NCBI GenBank assembly: GCA_963727825.1
Contig: CAVSHO010000001.1
Location: 256,001 to 320,000 of the forward strand
Direction of reading: 5' to 3'
Origin: Ignavibacteriota bacterium
GTDB taxonomy: Bacteria > Bacteroidota > Ignavibacteria > UBA10030
DNA: 64,000 nt
Shown here: positions 22,849 to 32,681 of the stretch, in pieces
Numbering within the stretch: position 1 is the stretch's first letter
Layout of the letters: each line of letters begins with the position of its first letter
Translations under genes and position numbers: made by a program
The notes under the pieces: generated by a model
Seen by the model: the letters and a program-made list of their open reading frames with translations, nothing else
The model's database searches: none
Told to the model about the DNA's origin: nothing

Positions 22849-25062
22849 GTGTTAAACAAAAGTACTGGCGAGAGTTTTGAATCGCTTCATGAACGCATAC
22901 CGCAATTTCTCGCTCGCTTCCCTAATGAGTCATTCAAATTCAAAGAATTAGCACGACGTTTAGGTATCCGTAACGAGAAAGATGAACAAATCTTAAAACG
23001 GGTGCTTCGATCACTGCAAGACGAAAAAAAGATTTTAATAATACGTGGAAATAAATACGGTTATCTTCACGAAACACAAATCTTGTTTGGTTCTTTAGAA
23101 GTCACATCTCGTGGTTTTGGTATTGTGACTGTTGAAGAAGGCGGAGAAGAAATTTTCATTCAGCCGGATAATTTAGGGGATGCCGCTCATGATGATACGG
23201 TAGAGGTATCGCTGTTAGCGCAAAGCACAAAACAGAAGGAACGCGGCGCTCGACGCGAGGGTGAAGTTGTACGAATTATCAAGCGTGGAATTCAAACATT
23301 TGTCGGAACGGTTGAACGAAATCATAAACAATTCTTCGTTGTACCGGATGAGCGCCGCTTAGCGCGAGAAATATCAATTGCAAAAGAATATTTGCATGAA
23401 GCAAAAGAAGGCGATAAAGTTGTAGTAAAAATGACAGTGTGGGGAAAGCATCATCAAAATTCTGAAGGTCAAGTTGTAGAAGTGCTTGGGAAGTCAGGCG
23501 AGTTATCGGCAGAAATAAAATCTGTAGCACGCGAATATCATTTAATGATCGAATTTCCTAAGGAAGTTTTATTGGAAACGGATGCTGTATCTTCCGATAT
23601 TCCCCAAACTGAAATAGCCCGCAGACGTGATCTCCGCCATCTGCTTTGCTTTACTATTGATCCAGAAGATGCTAAAGATTTTGATGATGCAGTTTCGCTT
23701 GAGCCGCTGCCAGATGGAAACTTCCATCTAGGCGTACACATTGCAGATGTATCACACTACATAACAGCTGGAAGTGAATTGGATAAGGAGGCACTCAAAC
23801 GCAGCACAAGTGTCTATTTTCCAAACGGCGTCATTCCCATGCTTCCGGAAAAACTTTCCAACGGCTTATGCAGTCTTCGCCCCAATGAAAACCGATTGGC
23901 GTTTACTGTTTTCATGAACGTTTCGCCACATGGCAGTGTTAAAGAATATGAGATTGTGGAAAGCGTTATTCGCAGTAAGCAGCGATTCAGTTATGAACGC
24001 GTCCAGAAACTCATTGACTCATTAAAACGAAACCATGTGATATCGTCGAGTGATACACCATTTGCCGAAGTTATCAGGCAGATGTATCAATTGAGTGCAA
24101 TATTAATGAAGAAACGGATGAAAGAAGGCAGCATTGACTTTGATTCTGCAGAAGCGAAGTTTGAATTTGATGAACAGGGAAAGCCGATCAAAATTATTAA
24201 GAAAGTACGCTTAGAAAGTCATCGGCTAGTGGAAGAATTTATGTTATTGGCAAATCGGGTGGTAGCACGGCATATTGGATTAGCTAAGAAGGAAGAACAG
24301 GCAAAGCCGTTTCTGTACCGCGTTCACGATTCACCCGATCCAGAGCGAATCGGCGAACTTGCAGCGTTTGTAGATAAATTTGGATTTAAACTGAACACAG
24401 ACAGCGGTGTAACGTCTAAATCTTTGCAGCAGCTTCTTAACCAAGTGAAGGGCACGGAAGTCGAAAATGTGATCAATGAGGTGGCATTAAGATCCATGGC
24501 GAAGGCTGTATATTCCGATCGCAACATCGGTCACTATGGTTTAGGTTTTGACTACTATTCGCATTTTACTTCGCCGATAAGACGGTACCCGGATTTAATT
24601 GTTCATCGGATGTTGAAACAATACGCAGCAGGTATTTCACTACAGGAACGTAATACGCTTCGCCAGAGGTTACCGTACATCGCTAAACAATCGTCTGTGA
24701 TGGAGCGGCTGGCAATGGAAGCTGAACGCGCTGCTGTGAAAGTAATGCAAGTGGAATATATGAAGCACCATATTGGTGACGAATTCCACGCCGTAATTTC
24801 CGGTGTAACAAACTTCGGCATCTTTGTCGAACTGACGGATTTACTGGTGCAGGGACTGCTCCATGTGCGCGACCTTAGCGACGATTATTACATTTATGAT
24901 GAAAAGCAGTATACATTGAAAGGAAAACGAAAAGGTAAGCAATATCGCCTTGGTGATGCGTTGGAAGTAAAAGTTGTTCGTGTTAATCCGGAAGACCGCC
25001 AGATTGATTTTGTTCTAGTAGAAAAAGACGAAGAAAAAGTTCCCAGGCGGCGTAAACACTAA
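22849..25062 (+). CDS. rnr: Ribonuclease R
   Basis: TIDPEDAKDFDDA, HIADVSHY, HFTSPIRRYPDL and a C-terminal S1 domain. Confidence 0.96.
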   Translation: MLNKSTGESFESLHERIPQFLARFPNESFKFKELARRLGIRNEKDEQILKRVLRSLQDEKKILIIRGNKYGYLHETQILFGSLEVTSRGFGIVTVEEGGEEIFIQPDNLGDAAHDDTVEVSLLAQSTKQKERGARREGEVVRIIKRGIQTFVGTVERNHKQFFVVPDERRLAREISIAKEYLHEAKEGDKVVVKMTVWGKHHQNSEGQVVEVLGKSGELSAEIKSVAREYHLMIEFPKEVLLETDAVSSDIPQTEIARRRDLRHLLCFTIDPEDAKDFDDAVSLEPLPDGNFHLGVHIADVSHYITAGSELDKEALKRSTSVYFPNGVIPMLPEKLSNGLCSLRPNENRLAFTVFMNVSPHGSVKEYEIVESVIRSKQRFSYERVQKLIDSLKRNHVISSSDTPFAEVIRQMYQLSAILMKKRMKEGSIDFDSAEAKFEFDEQGKPIKIIKKVRLESHRLVEEFMLLANRVVARHIGLAKKEEQAKPFLYRVHDSPDPERIGELAAFVDKFGFKLNTDSGVTSKSLQQLLNQVKGTEVENVINEVALRSMAKAVYSDRNIGHYGLGFDYYSHFTSPIRRYPDLIVHRMLKQYAAGISLQERNTLRQRLPYIAKQSSVMERLAMEAERAAVKVMQVEYMKHHIGDEFHAVISGVTNFGIFVELTDLLVQGLLHVRDLSDDYYIYDEKQYTLKGKRKGKQYRLGDALEVKVVRVNPEDRQIDFVLVEKDEEKVPRRRKH

Positions 25063-25263
25063 TATATCAAGCATATGAGTAATTAAGCCATTGAGCTAAT
25101 ATGTTTTTTCATATCGACGAATGGTCTACATATTGATTTAACTGCTCACAAGCTTATAGGCTAGTAAATATTTCCAAACAAGCTTTGAATTGCTTTTCGA
25201 TACGTTTTTATCTAAAATATTTTTTTAGAAGAATAAATTCAAGATAAGAAAGATAAGAATATT

Positions 25264-28200
25264 ATGCGCAGGTTTATTCTCATTAGCTTGATTCTCTGCG
25301 AAATTGCAGTGGAGGCGAATGCACAGAACTCCGTCTTCGGCAAGAATAAGGTTCAGTATAAGGATTTCCATTGGCAATATATTCAGACTGATCACTTTGA
25401 TATTTATTTCTCGCAGGACGGTTACGATCTTGCGCAATTCGCAGCAAACGCGGCAGAAGCTTCATATATTTCTATAAAGAAACTTCTACGTTATGAAATT
25501 AATAACCGAATTTCCATTGTCGTTTATAACTCACATAACGAATTCCAGCAAACAAATGTTGTGGCCGAATATATGGAAGAAGGTATCGGGGGAGTAACAG
25601 AATTATTTAAGAATCGAGTTGTCGTTCCATTTGAAGGAAGCTATGGGCAATTTCGGCATGTAATCCATCACGAATTAGTGCATGCGGTATTAAATGACAT
25701 GTTTTATGGCGGCACAATTCAATCTCTTATCTCTAACAGAGCGCCAGTACAGCTGCCAATGTGGATGAACGAAGGCATTGCAGAATATGCATCGTTGAGA
25801 TGGGATAATAATTCGGATATGTTTCTGCGCGATGCAACTGTGCACAATTATCTGCCGCAAATAGATTATCTCAGCGGATATTTTGCATACCGAGGCGGGC
25901 AATCGGTATGGTATTACATTGCAAATAAATATGGCGAGCAAAAGATTGCAGAGATATTCAGTCAGATAAAAAGCGCCCGTAGCATCGAAAAGGGATTTAA
26001 ATCTGCAATTGGTTTGTCTGTAAAAGAACTTTCAGAACGTTGGCAAAAAGAACAAAAAGTGTACTACTGGCCGGATGTCGCAAAACGCGAAGAGCCGTCA
26101 GATTTTTCATATAAACGGATGACGAACCACACTAAGGATGGCAACTTTTATAATACCAGCCCTGCAATATCGCCGCAGGGCGATAAGATTGCATTTATCT
26201 CCGACCGAAATGATTATTTCGATGTTTATATAATGTCAGCAATGGATGGCGAGATTCTTGATAAGGTAGTAAGCGGACAAAAGACAAATAATTTTGAAGA
26301 AATGCACTTGCTGACACCGGGAATTACTTGGTCGCCGGACGGAAATAAACTTGCACTTGCAGTGAAGGCTGGTGAACGCGACGCCATATTTCTTGTAGAT
26401 ATTAAGTCCGGCAAACAGGAAAAGATTTATCTTGATTTAGACGGTGTGTTTTCGGTGAACTGGAGTAACGACGGTAATTTACTTACATTTGTCGGCGTTA
26501 AATCGCCGCAATCCGATATATATATCTATAATATAACTACCAAAGAAGTGAAGAATCTTACGAATGATATTTTCTCTGATAGTGATCCGATATTTTCACC
26601 TGACGATAAAACGATTTACTTCGCATCTGATCGTGGAGACATAACATCGCCATCTATGATTTCAAAGAACTTTAAAATCTGGAAATACGATTACGCCCAA
26701 ACCGATTTATACTCGCTCGATATTTCTTCCGGTATTATCCGGCGAATTACCGCACAACCCAATGGCAATAAAACTTCGCCTGTTATCTCACCGGATGGTA
26801 AAAAGATTTTATATATCGCAGATTTGAATGGCATCAACAATATCTACGCGCAGGAATTAGATTCTAACAAGTACTATCCTATTACCAATTCCATTAGCGG
26901 GCTGTATCAGCTCTCGCTTTCACACGACGGGTCCAAATTAGTGTTTGCATCTCTTAATGAAGCAGGATTTGATATTTACTTGATGCTGCACCCGTTAGAA
27001 CGAAAACTCAATGTTACGTCGCTTGAACCAACTGAATTTTACAAAATGAAATACAAGCTTCCCCGTGAAGAGAAACCAAAAGAAGTTGTTGCTCTTGCTT
27101 CATCATCCGATACGATTGCCGTACGTAGTAATGTTGCTGTGGTTGTTGATACAGCCGGTGCAGAAGCAACATATCGTCCAGGTTTGAAATCCGATCTTTC
27201 CACTTATGTTTTTTCGCCGGATGCAATGCACGATACAACGAAAGTGCCGCCGCCGATTTCACAAGTAGAAATTACGGATAATCAGGATGTCGACAGCAAT
27301 TATATCCCGCGTCGCTATAAGCTGAACTTCTCGCCTGACCTTATCTATGGTGCGGCGGCTGTCAATACTTTTTACGGATTAGAAGGAAGCACAATTCTAG
27401 CTTTCAGTGATATGCTTGGCGATCATCAGATTATTTTTCAAACGGATCTGTTGATCGATCTCAGAAACAGCGATTATGGACTTTCATACTATTATTTACC
27501 TGGACGCGTTGATTGGGGATTCCAGGCTTTTCATGATGCAAAGTTTCTGTATTTGGATTTGCAGGGTTCTTTATATGATACGCTCTACCGATTTGAAACG
27601 TGGGCCATCGGAGCTGTAGCGTCCTATCCGATAGATCGATTCAATCGCATCGATTGCTCTTTGATGTGGCTAAATCTCTCGCGAGATAATTTGGATAATA
27701 CTTCCAGCCCTTCGCAGCAGCGCTCGCTTATAATGCCGCTCGTTAGTTATGTGAATGACAATTCCATTTGGCAAGGGGAATGGTTTGGCCCTAACAACGG
27801 TTCGCGTTTCAACTTCACATTATATGGAACACCGAAGTTAAGCAATGACGGATTGGATATGCAAACATTTACAGCAGACTATCGAAAATACTCAAAATTG
27901 GCGAAAGATTTTATATTTGTCTATCGTCTTTCCGGTGGAATGAGCATCGGAAGTAATAGACAAAATTTTCTTCTTGGCGGGACGGAAGGATGGATGAATT
28001 ACCATCTTGCGACAAGCGAAATTCCCATAAACAATGTTGAAGATTTTGCATTTCTGACGCAGGTACTTCCATTGCGTGGGTATGATTATGCCCAGCAAAT
28101 TGGAACTAAGTTTGCTGTAACAAATGTGGAATTTCGTTTTCCGCTGCTGAAATATCTTGTCTTCGGCGCAGTGCCGATTGGTTTTACCAACATTCTTGGT

Positions 28201-28431
28201 ACAGCATTTGTTGATATGGGGTCTGCCTGGAGCGATGATCATTCATGGAGGGCATTCTGTAAAGATCCAAATGATGGCTCGATTGTAACGCAAGATTTGC
28301 TAATTGGAACCGGAATAGGAACGCGGCTCTTCCTTTTCGGGTTACCGATCCGCTTTGATATTGCGTGGAGATTTAGAGTAGGAAGTTTCTCTGAGCCATA
28401 TTATTACTTTGCTCTCGGCCCTGATTTCTAG
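25264..28431 (+). CDS. Zinc-peptidase-like + PD40 beta-propeller + Omp85-type barrel protein
   Basis: Signal peptide; HHELVH...WMNEGIAEY; SPDG repeats; LRGYD and VEFRFP motifs; ends in Phe. Confidence 0.85.
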   Translation: MRRFILISLILCEIAVEANAQNSVFGKNKVQYKDFHWQYIQTDHFDIYFSQDGYDLAQFAANAAEASYISIKKLLRYEINNRISIVVYNSHNEFQQTNVVAEYMEEGIGGVTELFKNRVVVPFEGSYGQFRHVIHHELVHAVLNDMFYGGTIQSLISNRAPVQLPMWMNEGIAEYASLRWDNNSDMFLRDATVHNYLPQIDYLSGYFAYRGGQSVWYYIANKYGEQKIAEIFSQIKSARSIEKGFKSAIGLSVKELSERWQKEQKVYYWPDVAKREEPSDFSYKRMTNHTKDGNFYNTSPAISPQGDKIAFISDRNDYFDVYIMSAMDGEILDKVVSGQKTNNFEEMHLLTPGITWSPDGNKLALAVKAGERDAIFLVDIKSGKQEKIYLDLDGVFSVNWSNDGNLLTFVGVKSPQSDIYIYNITTKEVKNLTNDIFSDSDPIFSPDDKTIYFASDRGDITSPSMISKNFKIWKYDYAQTDLYSLDISSGIIRRITAQPNGNKTSPVISPDGKKILYIADLNGINNIYAQELDSNKYYPITNSISGLYQLSLSHDGSKLVFASLNEAGFDIYLMLHPLERKLNVTSLEPTEFYKMKYKLPREEKPKEVVALASSSDTIAVRSNVAVVVDTAGAEATYRPGLKSDLSTYVFSPDAMHDTTKVPPPISQVEITDNQDVDSNYIPRRYKLNFSPDLIYGAAAVNTFYGLEGSTILAFSDMLGDHQIIFQTDLLIDLRNSDYGLSYYYLPGRVDWGFQAFHDAKFLYLDLQGSLYDTLYRFETWAIGAVASYPIDRFNRIDCSLMWLNLSRDNLDNTSSPSQQRSLIMPLVSYVNDNSIWQGEWFGPNNGSRFNFTLYGTPKLSNDGLDMQTFTADYRKYSKLAKDFIFVYRLSGGMSIGSNRQNFLLGGTEGWMNYHLATSEIPINNVEDFAFLTQVLPLRGYDYAQQIGTKFAVTNVEFRFPLLKYLVFGAVPIGFTNILGTAFVDMGSAWSDDHSWRAFCKDPNDGSIVTQDLLIGTGIGTRLFLFGLPIRFDIAWRFRVGSFSEPYYYFALGPDF

Positions 28432-28556
28432 TGGATGTGTTCGATATCTATCAACATTTAAAAAAGGAAAGATGTCGGACTTTTTAACTACCGCTTGATA
28501 AAATATTCCTAACATCGACAAAAAATCACTAAACACCTTTACTTTCGGAGAATCAA

Positions 28557-29744
28557 ATGACAAAGTTATACTACTTATTGTTGCTGTTGATAACGTCTGT
28601 TGTACTTGCTCAGTCACCTGTTCCATCGGGAGCAGTACTGGAAAAGGTTGCAACGGGATTCCAGCAACCCGAAGGGCCTGTTTGGAAGGACGGCGCTGGA
28701 TTGCTCTTTAGCGATATCCAACGCAGCACTATTTATCGATGGTCGCAAATGGATAGTATCACAATATTTATGCATCCGTCCGATAGTTCCAACGGATTAA
28801 CTTTTGACCAGCAAGGACGCCTAATACTTACGCAGATGTTGTCGCGCCGCGTTGCCCGGCAGGAATTAAACGGTGATATAACTATTCTTGCGTCAACTTA
28901 TAATGGCAAGAAGTTCAACAGCCCTAACGATGTAGTGGTCAAATCTGATGGCTCAATATTTTTCACGGATCCAGATTTCAATATACCTGTAAATCAAAAG
29001 AAAGAGTTGACATTTCAAGGTATTTACAGAATAAGTCCTTCCGGTACTTTGTCGTTATTAGATTCTTCATTGAATAAACCCAATGGAATTTGTTTTTCGC
29101 TTGATGAAAAGAAGCTTTTTGTAAATGAATCGGCATTGGATAAAATTTATGTATGGGATGTAGTCAACGATTCAACAATTACAAACAAGAAACTATTTTA
29201 TGCAATTCCCATGCAGGGTTATGCAGATGGAATGAAAATTGATGCTGCTGGAAATATCTACTGCGCGGGTCCAATAGGTGTTTGGGTGATTTCCCCATCC
29301 GGAGTATGTCTAGATACGATTGTTATGCCAAATAAAGCAAGCGTATCCAACTGCAACTGGGGAGAGGCAGATAGAAAAACTCTCTATATCACTTCCGGAA
29401 GCAGCCTCTATAGAATTCGTTTAGCAACGGTGACTGGTGTTAAGGATCATGGATTTTTGCCCCCAAAGTCTTTTGAACTCTATGGTAATTATCCTAACCC
29501 ATTCAATCCATCAACTACGATATATTTTGTATTGCCTTATGAAAGCCGAGTGCTATTGGACGTATACGATATCCTAGGGCGCAAGGTCGACACACTTATC
29601 AATGGAACCATACAAGCGGGATATCACAATGTACAATTTACTCCAACGGAAATTGGCGACGGAATTTATTTATACCGTTTAACTGCAGATGCGGGAAAAT
29701 TAGGAATATATTCGGCGACCAAAAAGATGCTGGTAATCAAATAG
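28557..29744 (+). CDS. SMP-30/gluconolactonase family protein with T9SS tail
   Basis: EGPVW, SNGLT, NSPND, PNGICFS, DGMKID; NYPNPFNPSTTI tail. Confidence 0.92.
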   Translation: MTKLYYLLLLLITSVVLAQSPVPSGAVLEKVATGFQQPEGPVWKDGAGLLFSDIQRSTIYRWSQMDSITIFMHPSDSSNGLTFDQQGRLILTQMLSRRVARQELNGDITILASTYNGKKFNSPNDVVVKSDGSIFFTDPDFNIPVNQKKELTFQGIYRISPSGTLSLLDSSLNKPNGICFSLDEKKLFVNESALDKIYVWDVVNDSTITNKKLFYAIPMQGYADGMKIDAAGNIYCAGPIGVWVISPSGVCLDTIVMPNKASVSNCNWGEADRKTLYITSGSSLYRIRLATVTGVKDHGFLPPKSFELYGNYPNPFNPSTTIYFVLPYESRVLLDVYDILGRKVDTLINGTIQAGYHNVQFTPTEIGDGIYLYRLTADAGKLGIYSATKKMLVIK

Positions 29745-29833
29745 TGATTCCGCGATGTAGGAACGCCTACAGCACCGGCAGGCGGTAACGCTGAAGGCAC
29801 ACCTTTTCCGAGTTCTCTGGTTAGCGAGGGAAC

Positions 29834-30757
29834 TTATTGAAATTCATTGGACTTTAACTTTATTCGCTGTGTGCCGGGAAGCATTCCGCGTTTGAGAAAA
29901 AGCATCTGTCCATCTGCTGTGGCAACGTAAGTGCCAAAACCTGCCGCTAAATCAAAATGATTTCTCGTGTACATATATATTGCCCGCTTGAGTGGATAAT
30001 AATTTCGGTAGATATTTGCAGGGTGAGGTGAAAAGAAATTTCCAATCGTTTCGGCCGGAGCTGCAAACGTCGTATCAGTATCTTCATTTGTTCTGCCAAG
30101 GTTAAGAATTTTCGCATTTGATTTCGCCGAATCAATCCATGCTAACGCAACAAAGCCAAGTGCAAGCGGATCTTTTTCTACCGACCGAAGCGTTTGAATG
30201 TCTGAACTTGTAGGAGTGAATTTTGTCGAGATGCCAGCTTGCTTAAATAATCGCTGGTTAAGATATTCTGTTACATCCGATGAATCATGGCAGTAAATTT
30301 TAATCGTACCTTTCATTGGTTTTGTAAACTGCTCCCATCGTGTTATCGTTCCTGATAATATTTTTTGAATTTCCGTTGTTGTCATTTTAATTGTCTTGTT
30401 CTTTGGATGTACGACAGCAATAATAGCATCGTAAGCGATAATCAACTCGTTTAGATCAGTGGAAATATTTTTTGCTTGTTCTTTTTCCGCTTGCGACAAT
30501 GGACGCGTAAGAAAAGCAATGCGCGCGGTGTCTCTGACGAAGTGGCGTGCAGCTGTCTCAGCGGAGACGATAGTATCCGTTATATGCGCGCCATTTGCTT
30601 GATAGAGATTGATGAATTCATTTACTTCATCAAGCATCACGGGAGCGATAGATTCTGGAATGAAAACGTGCAAATTGCCTTTTGTTGTTGTTTCCTTTTC
30701 CTCGGTGCTGCAACCAAGAAATAGAGCAATCATACAAGTATAGCAGAATATTCGCAT
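29834..30757 (-). CDS. PstS-like periplasmic binding lipoprotein (PBP domain)
   Basis: LFLGC lipobox; AYDAII..VHPKN, I..W and YPLKRAIY motifs. Confidence 0.75.
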   Translation of the reverse strand: MRIFCYTCMIALFLGCSTEEKETTTKGNLHVFIPESIAPVMLDEVNEFINLYQANGAHITDTIVSAETAARHFVRDTARIAFLTRPLSQAEKEQAKNISTDLNELIIAYDAIIAVVHPKNKTIKMTTTEIQKILSGTITRWEQFTKPMKGTIKIYCHDSSDVTEYLNQRLFKQAGISTKFTPTSSDIQTLRSVEKDPLALGFVALAWIDSAKSNAKILNLGRTNEDTDTTFAAPAETIGNFFSPHPANIYRNYYPLKRAIYMYTRNHFDLAAGFGTYVATADGQMLFLKRGMLPGTQRIKLKSNEFQ

Positions 30758-30781
30758 AAGATATTCCTTCCTGATAAAATA

Positions 30782-32062
30782 TTATGTGGCTATAGTAGAA
30801 GTCTCTGTGGCGCGCTCTTCAACTTGTTGTAACAAAATGAGTCCGGCGAGAAGAAAGAACCCAACAGAGAGAATGGCAAACCGTTGATTGAGATATGAAG
30901 AAACGAATCCAAAAACGACCGGCCCAAGTACAGCAGATGCTTTTCCAAAGAATGAATAGAATCCAAAAAACTCTGTTTTCTTTTCTTGCGGAGTGATGAT
31001 GGACATCATGCCCCTGCTGGTTGATTGAGAAGAACCGAGAGCTAATCCGGCAAATACGCCGAGGCCATAGAACATCCATTTATTTTGAATAAAATATGCT
31101 ATTACTACTATGCTCAACCACATAAGCAAAGTGATGCTGAGCGTTCGTTTGTGAGTAGTATGATCTGCCAAGATGCCGAAAATAATAGAACCAAAAATAG
31201 CAGAAGTTTGCACCATGGCAAAGTAAATGACAATTTCACCGAGATCCATCTTTAGCGTTTCGCGTGCAAATAGAGAAGAAAATACAATTATAGTATTCAC
31301 GCCATCGATATAAATAAAATATGAAATCAGAAAGCGTGCGATGTTTCGGTACCGAGGAAATTGTCGATACGTGGTTCGAAGCCGAGAAAAACCAATTTTA
31401 ATAAAGTCCAACTTCAAACTCTTGGTTCGTTGTTTATCAGGAAGAAAGAAAAACAATGGCAATGAGAATACGAAAAAGAAAGCAGCGGCAATAATAAAAC
31501 TAAAACGAACGTTGAGAAGATTGTCCATGCCGAATCCGCCTGTGTACAAAGGAAATACTACGGCAAGTGAAACAAGCGATCCAACATATCCAAGTGCGAA
31601 TCCATAACCCGAAACACGGCCATAACTTCGAACTGTTGTTATTTCCGGAAGGAATGCATCATAGAATACCAACCCTGCCTCGAACCCGATATTCGAAATG
31701 ATAAGCAGCGCCATTCCCATAAAGATCATTCCAGCATGCACGAAGAAAAGACTCGATGTTGCAAGAATGCACAGCGTTGTGAGAATACCGAGGAATCGTT
31801 TTTTGCCTGCGCCATAATCAGCGACAGCGCCAAGAATAGGGGAAAAGAGCGCTACGATTAACATGGAAATACTAAACGCGGAACCCCATAGAAAATCTCC
31901 CTGGTTACTGCTTTGCGCGACAATTTCTTTGAAGTAGAGCGGATAACCTACGGTGAGAATGAGAACGTAAAATGCTGTGTGCGCGAAGTCGAACAGTGCC
32001 CATGAAAAGATTTGCCAACGCGTTGCTGTATGGAAAGATTGAGAATGAAGAGTGTCGCTCAT
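30782..32062 (-). CDS. MFS transporter (UMF1/Atg22-like)
   Basis: SWALFDFA, FYDAFLPEI, GRVSGYG and EFFGFYS. Confidence 0.88.
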   Translation of the reverse strand: MSDTLHSQSFHTATRWQIFSWALFDFAHTAFYVLILTVGYPLYFKEIVAQSSNQGDFLWGSAFSISMLIVALFSPILGAVADYGAGKKRFLGILTTLCILATSSLFFVHAGMIFMGMALLIISNIGFEAGLVFYDAFLPEITTVRSYGRVSGYGFALGYVGSLVSLAVVFPLYTGGFGMDNLLNVRFSFIIAAAFFFVFSLPLFFFLPDKQRTKSLKLDFIKIGFSRLRTTYRQFPRYRNIARFLISYFIYIDGVNTIIVFSSLFARETLKMDLGEIVIYFAMVQTSAIFGSIIFGILADHTTHKRTLSITLLMWLSIVVIAYFIQNKWMFYGLGVFAGLALGSSQSTSRGMMSIITPQEKKTEFFGFYSFFGKASAVLGPVVFGFVSSYLNQRFAILSVGFFLLAGLILLQQVEERATETSTIAT

Positions 32063-32538
32063 CTTTGCTTGAAGTGTTTGTTTGCCCCGGTGTTCACCAA
32101 TCCTCTTCCTGATTTCTTTATGCGGCCATCCTTTTTTAGATCATCAAGAATTGAATCGAGCACGCCATTAACAAATTTATCGCTTTTCTCGGTACTGAAA
32201 TCACGGGCGATTTCTATGGCTTCGTTGATAGTGACTTTTGGTGGAATGTCATCGAAGTACAATAATTCACATATACTCATTCGCAGTACAATCCTATCGA
32301 TAATAGCGAGGCGGTTAAACTCCCAATGTTCGATCCGCTGCCGTATCAAATCATCCAGCTCTTTGTTGCATTCAATAACTTTGAGGATTAACTGTTTTGC
32401 GAAGGCGAACGATGCTGGCTGTTTCTCCAAATCAGCAACAACGTTCTCAATGATAAACTGGATAGGTTCATGAGAAAGTTCGTACGCATAAAGCGCCTGC
32501 AAAACCCGTTCTCGTACTATTCGTCGTCGGAGAGACAT
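32059..32538 (-). CDS. nusB: Transcription antitermination factor NusB
   Basis: MSLRRRIVRERVLQALY, WEFNRL, INEAIEIA and FVNGVLD; the real start is 32538, not 32697. Confidence 0.95.
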   Translation of the reverse strand: MSLRRRIVRERVLQALYAYELSHEPIQFIIENVVADLEKQPASFAFAKQLILKVIECNKELDDLIRQRIEHWEFNRLAIIDRIVLRMSICELLYFDDIPPKVTINEAIEIARDFSTEKSDKFVNGVLDSILDDLKKDGRIKKSGRGLVNTGANKHFKQR

Positions 32539-32681
32539 GGCATTATCAATGAAAGAACTTATAAATGGAATGAATACGCTGCACACCTGTAACTTATGCA
32601 AAAAATGGGAGGGAGGCAACAGGTGATTTGTTGAAGTGATAATGGGCAAATAGTAATTGGCAACAAAGGAGAAGTTCACCT

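Noticed and set aside
29745-29833. GC-rich convergent intergenic segment with small hairpins, possibly an ncRNA
   Set aside because: Explicable as a degenerate CGCCT..CAGGCG palindrome plus a terminator-like stem; no tRNA or known RNA motif.
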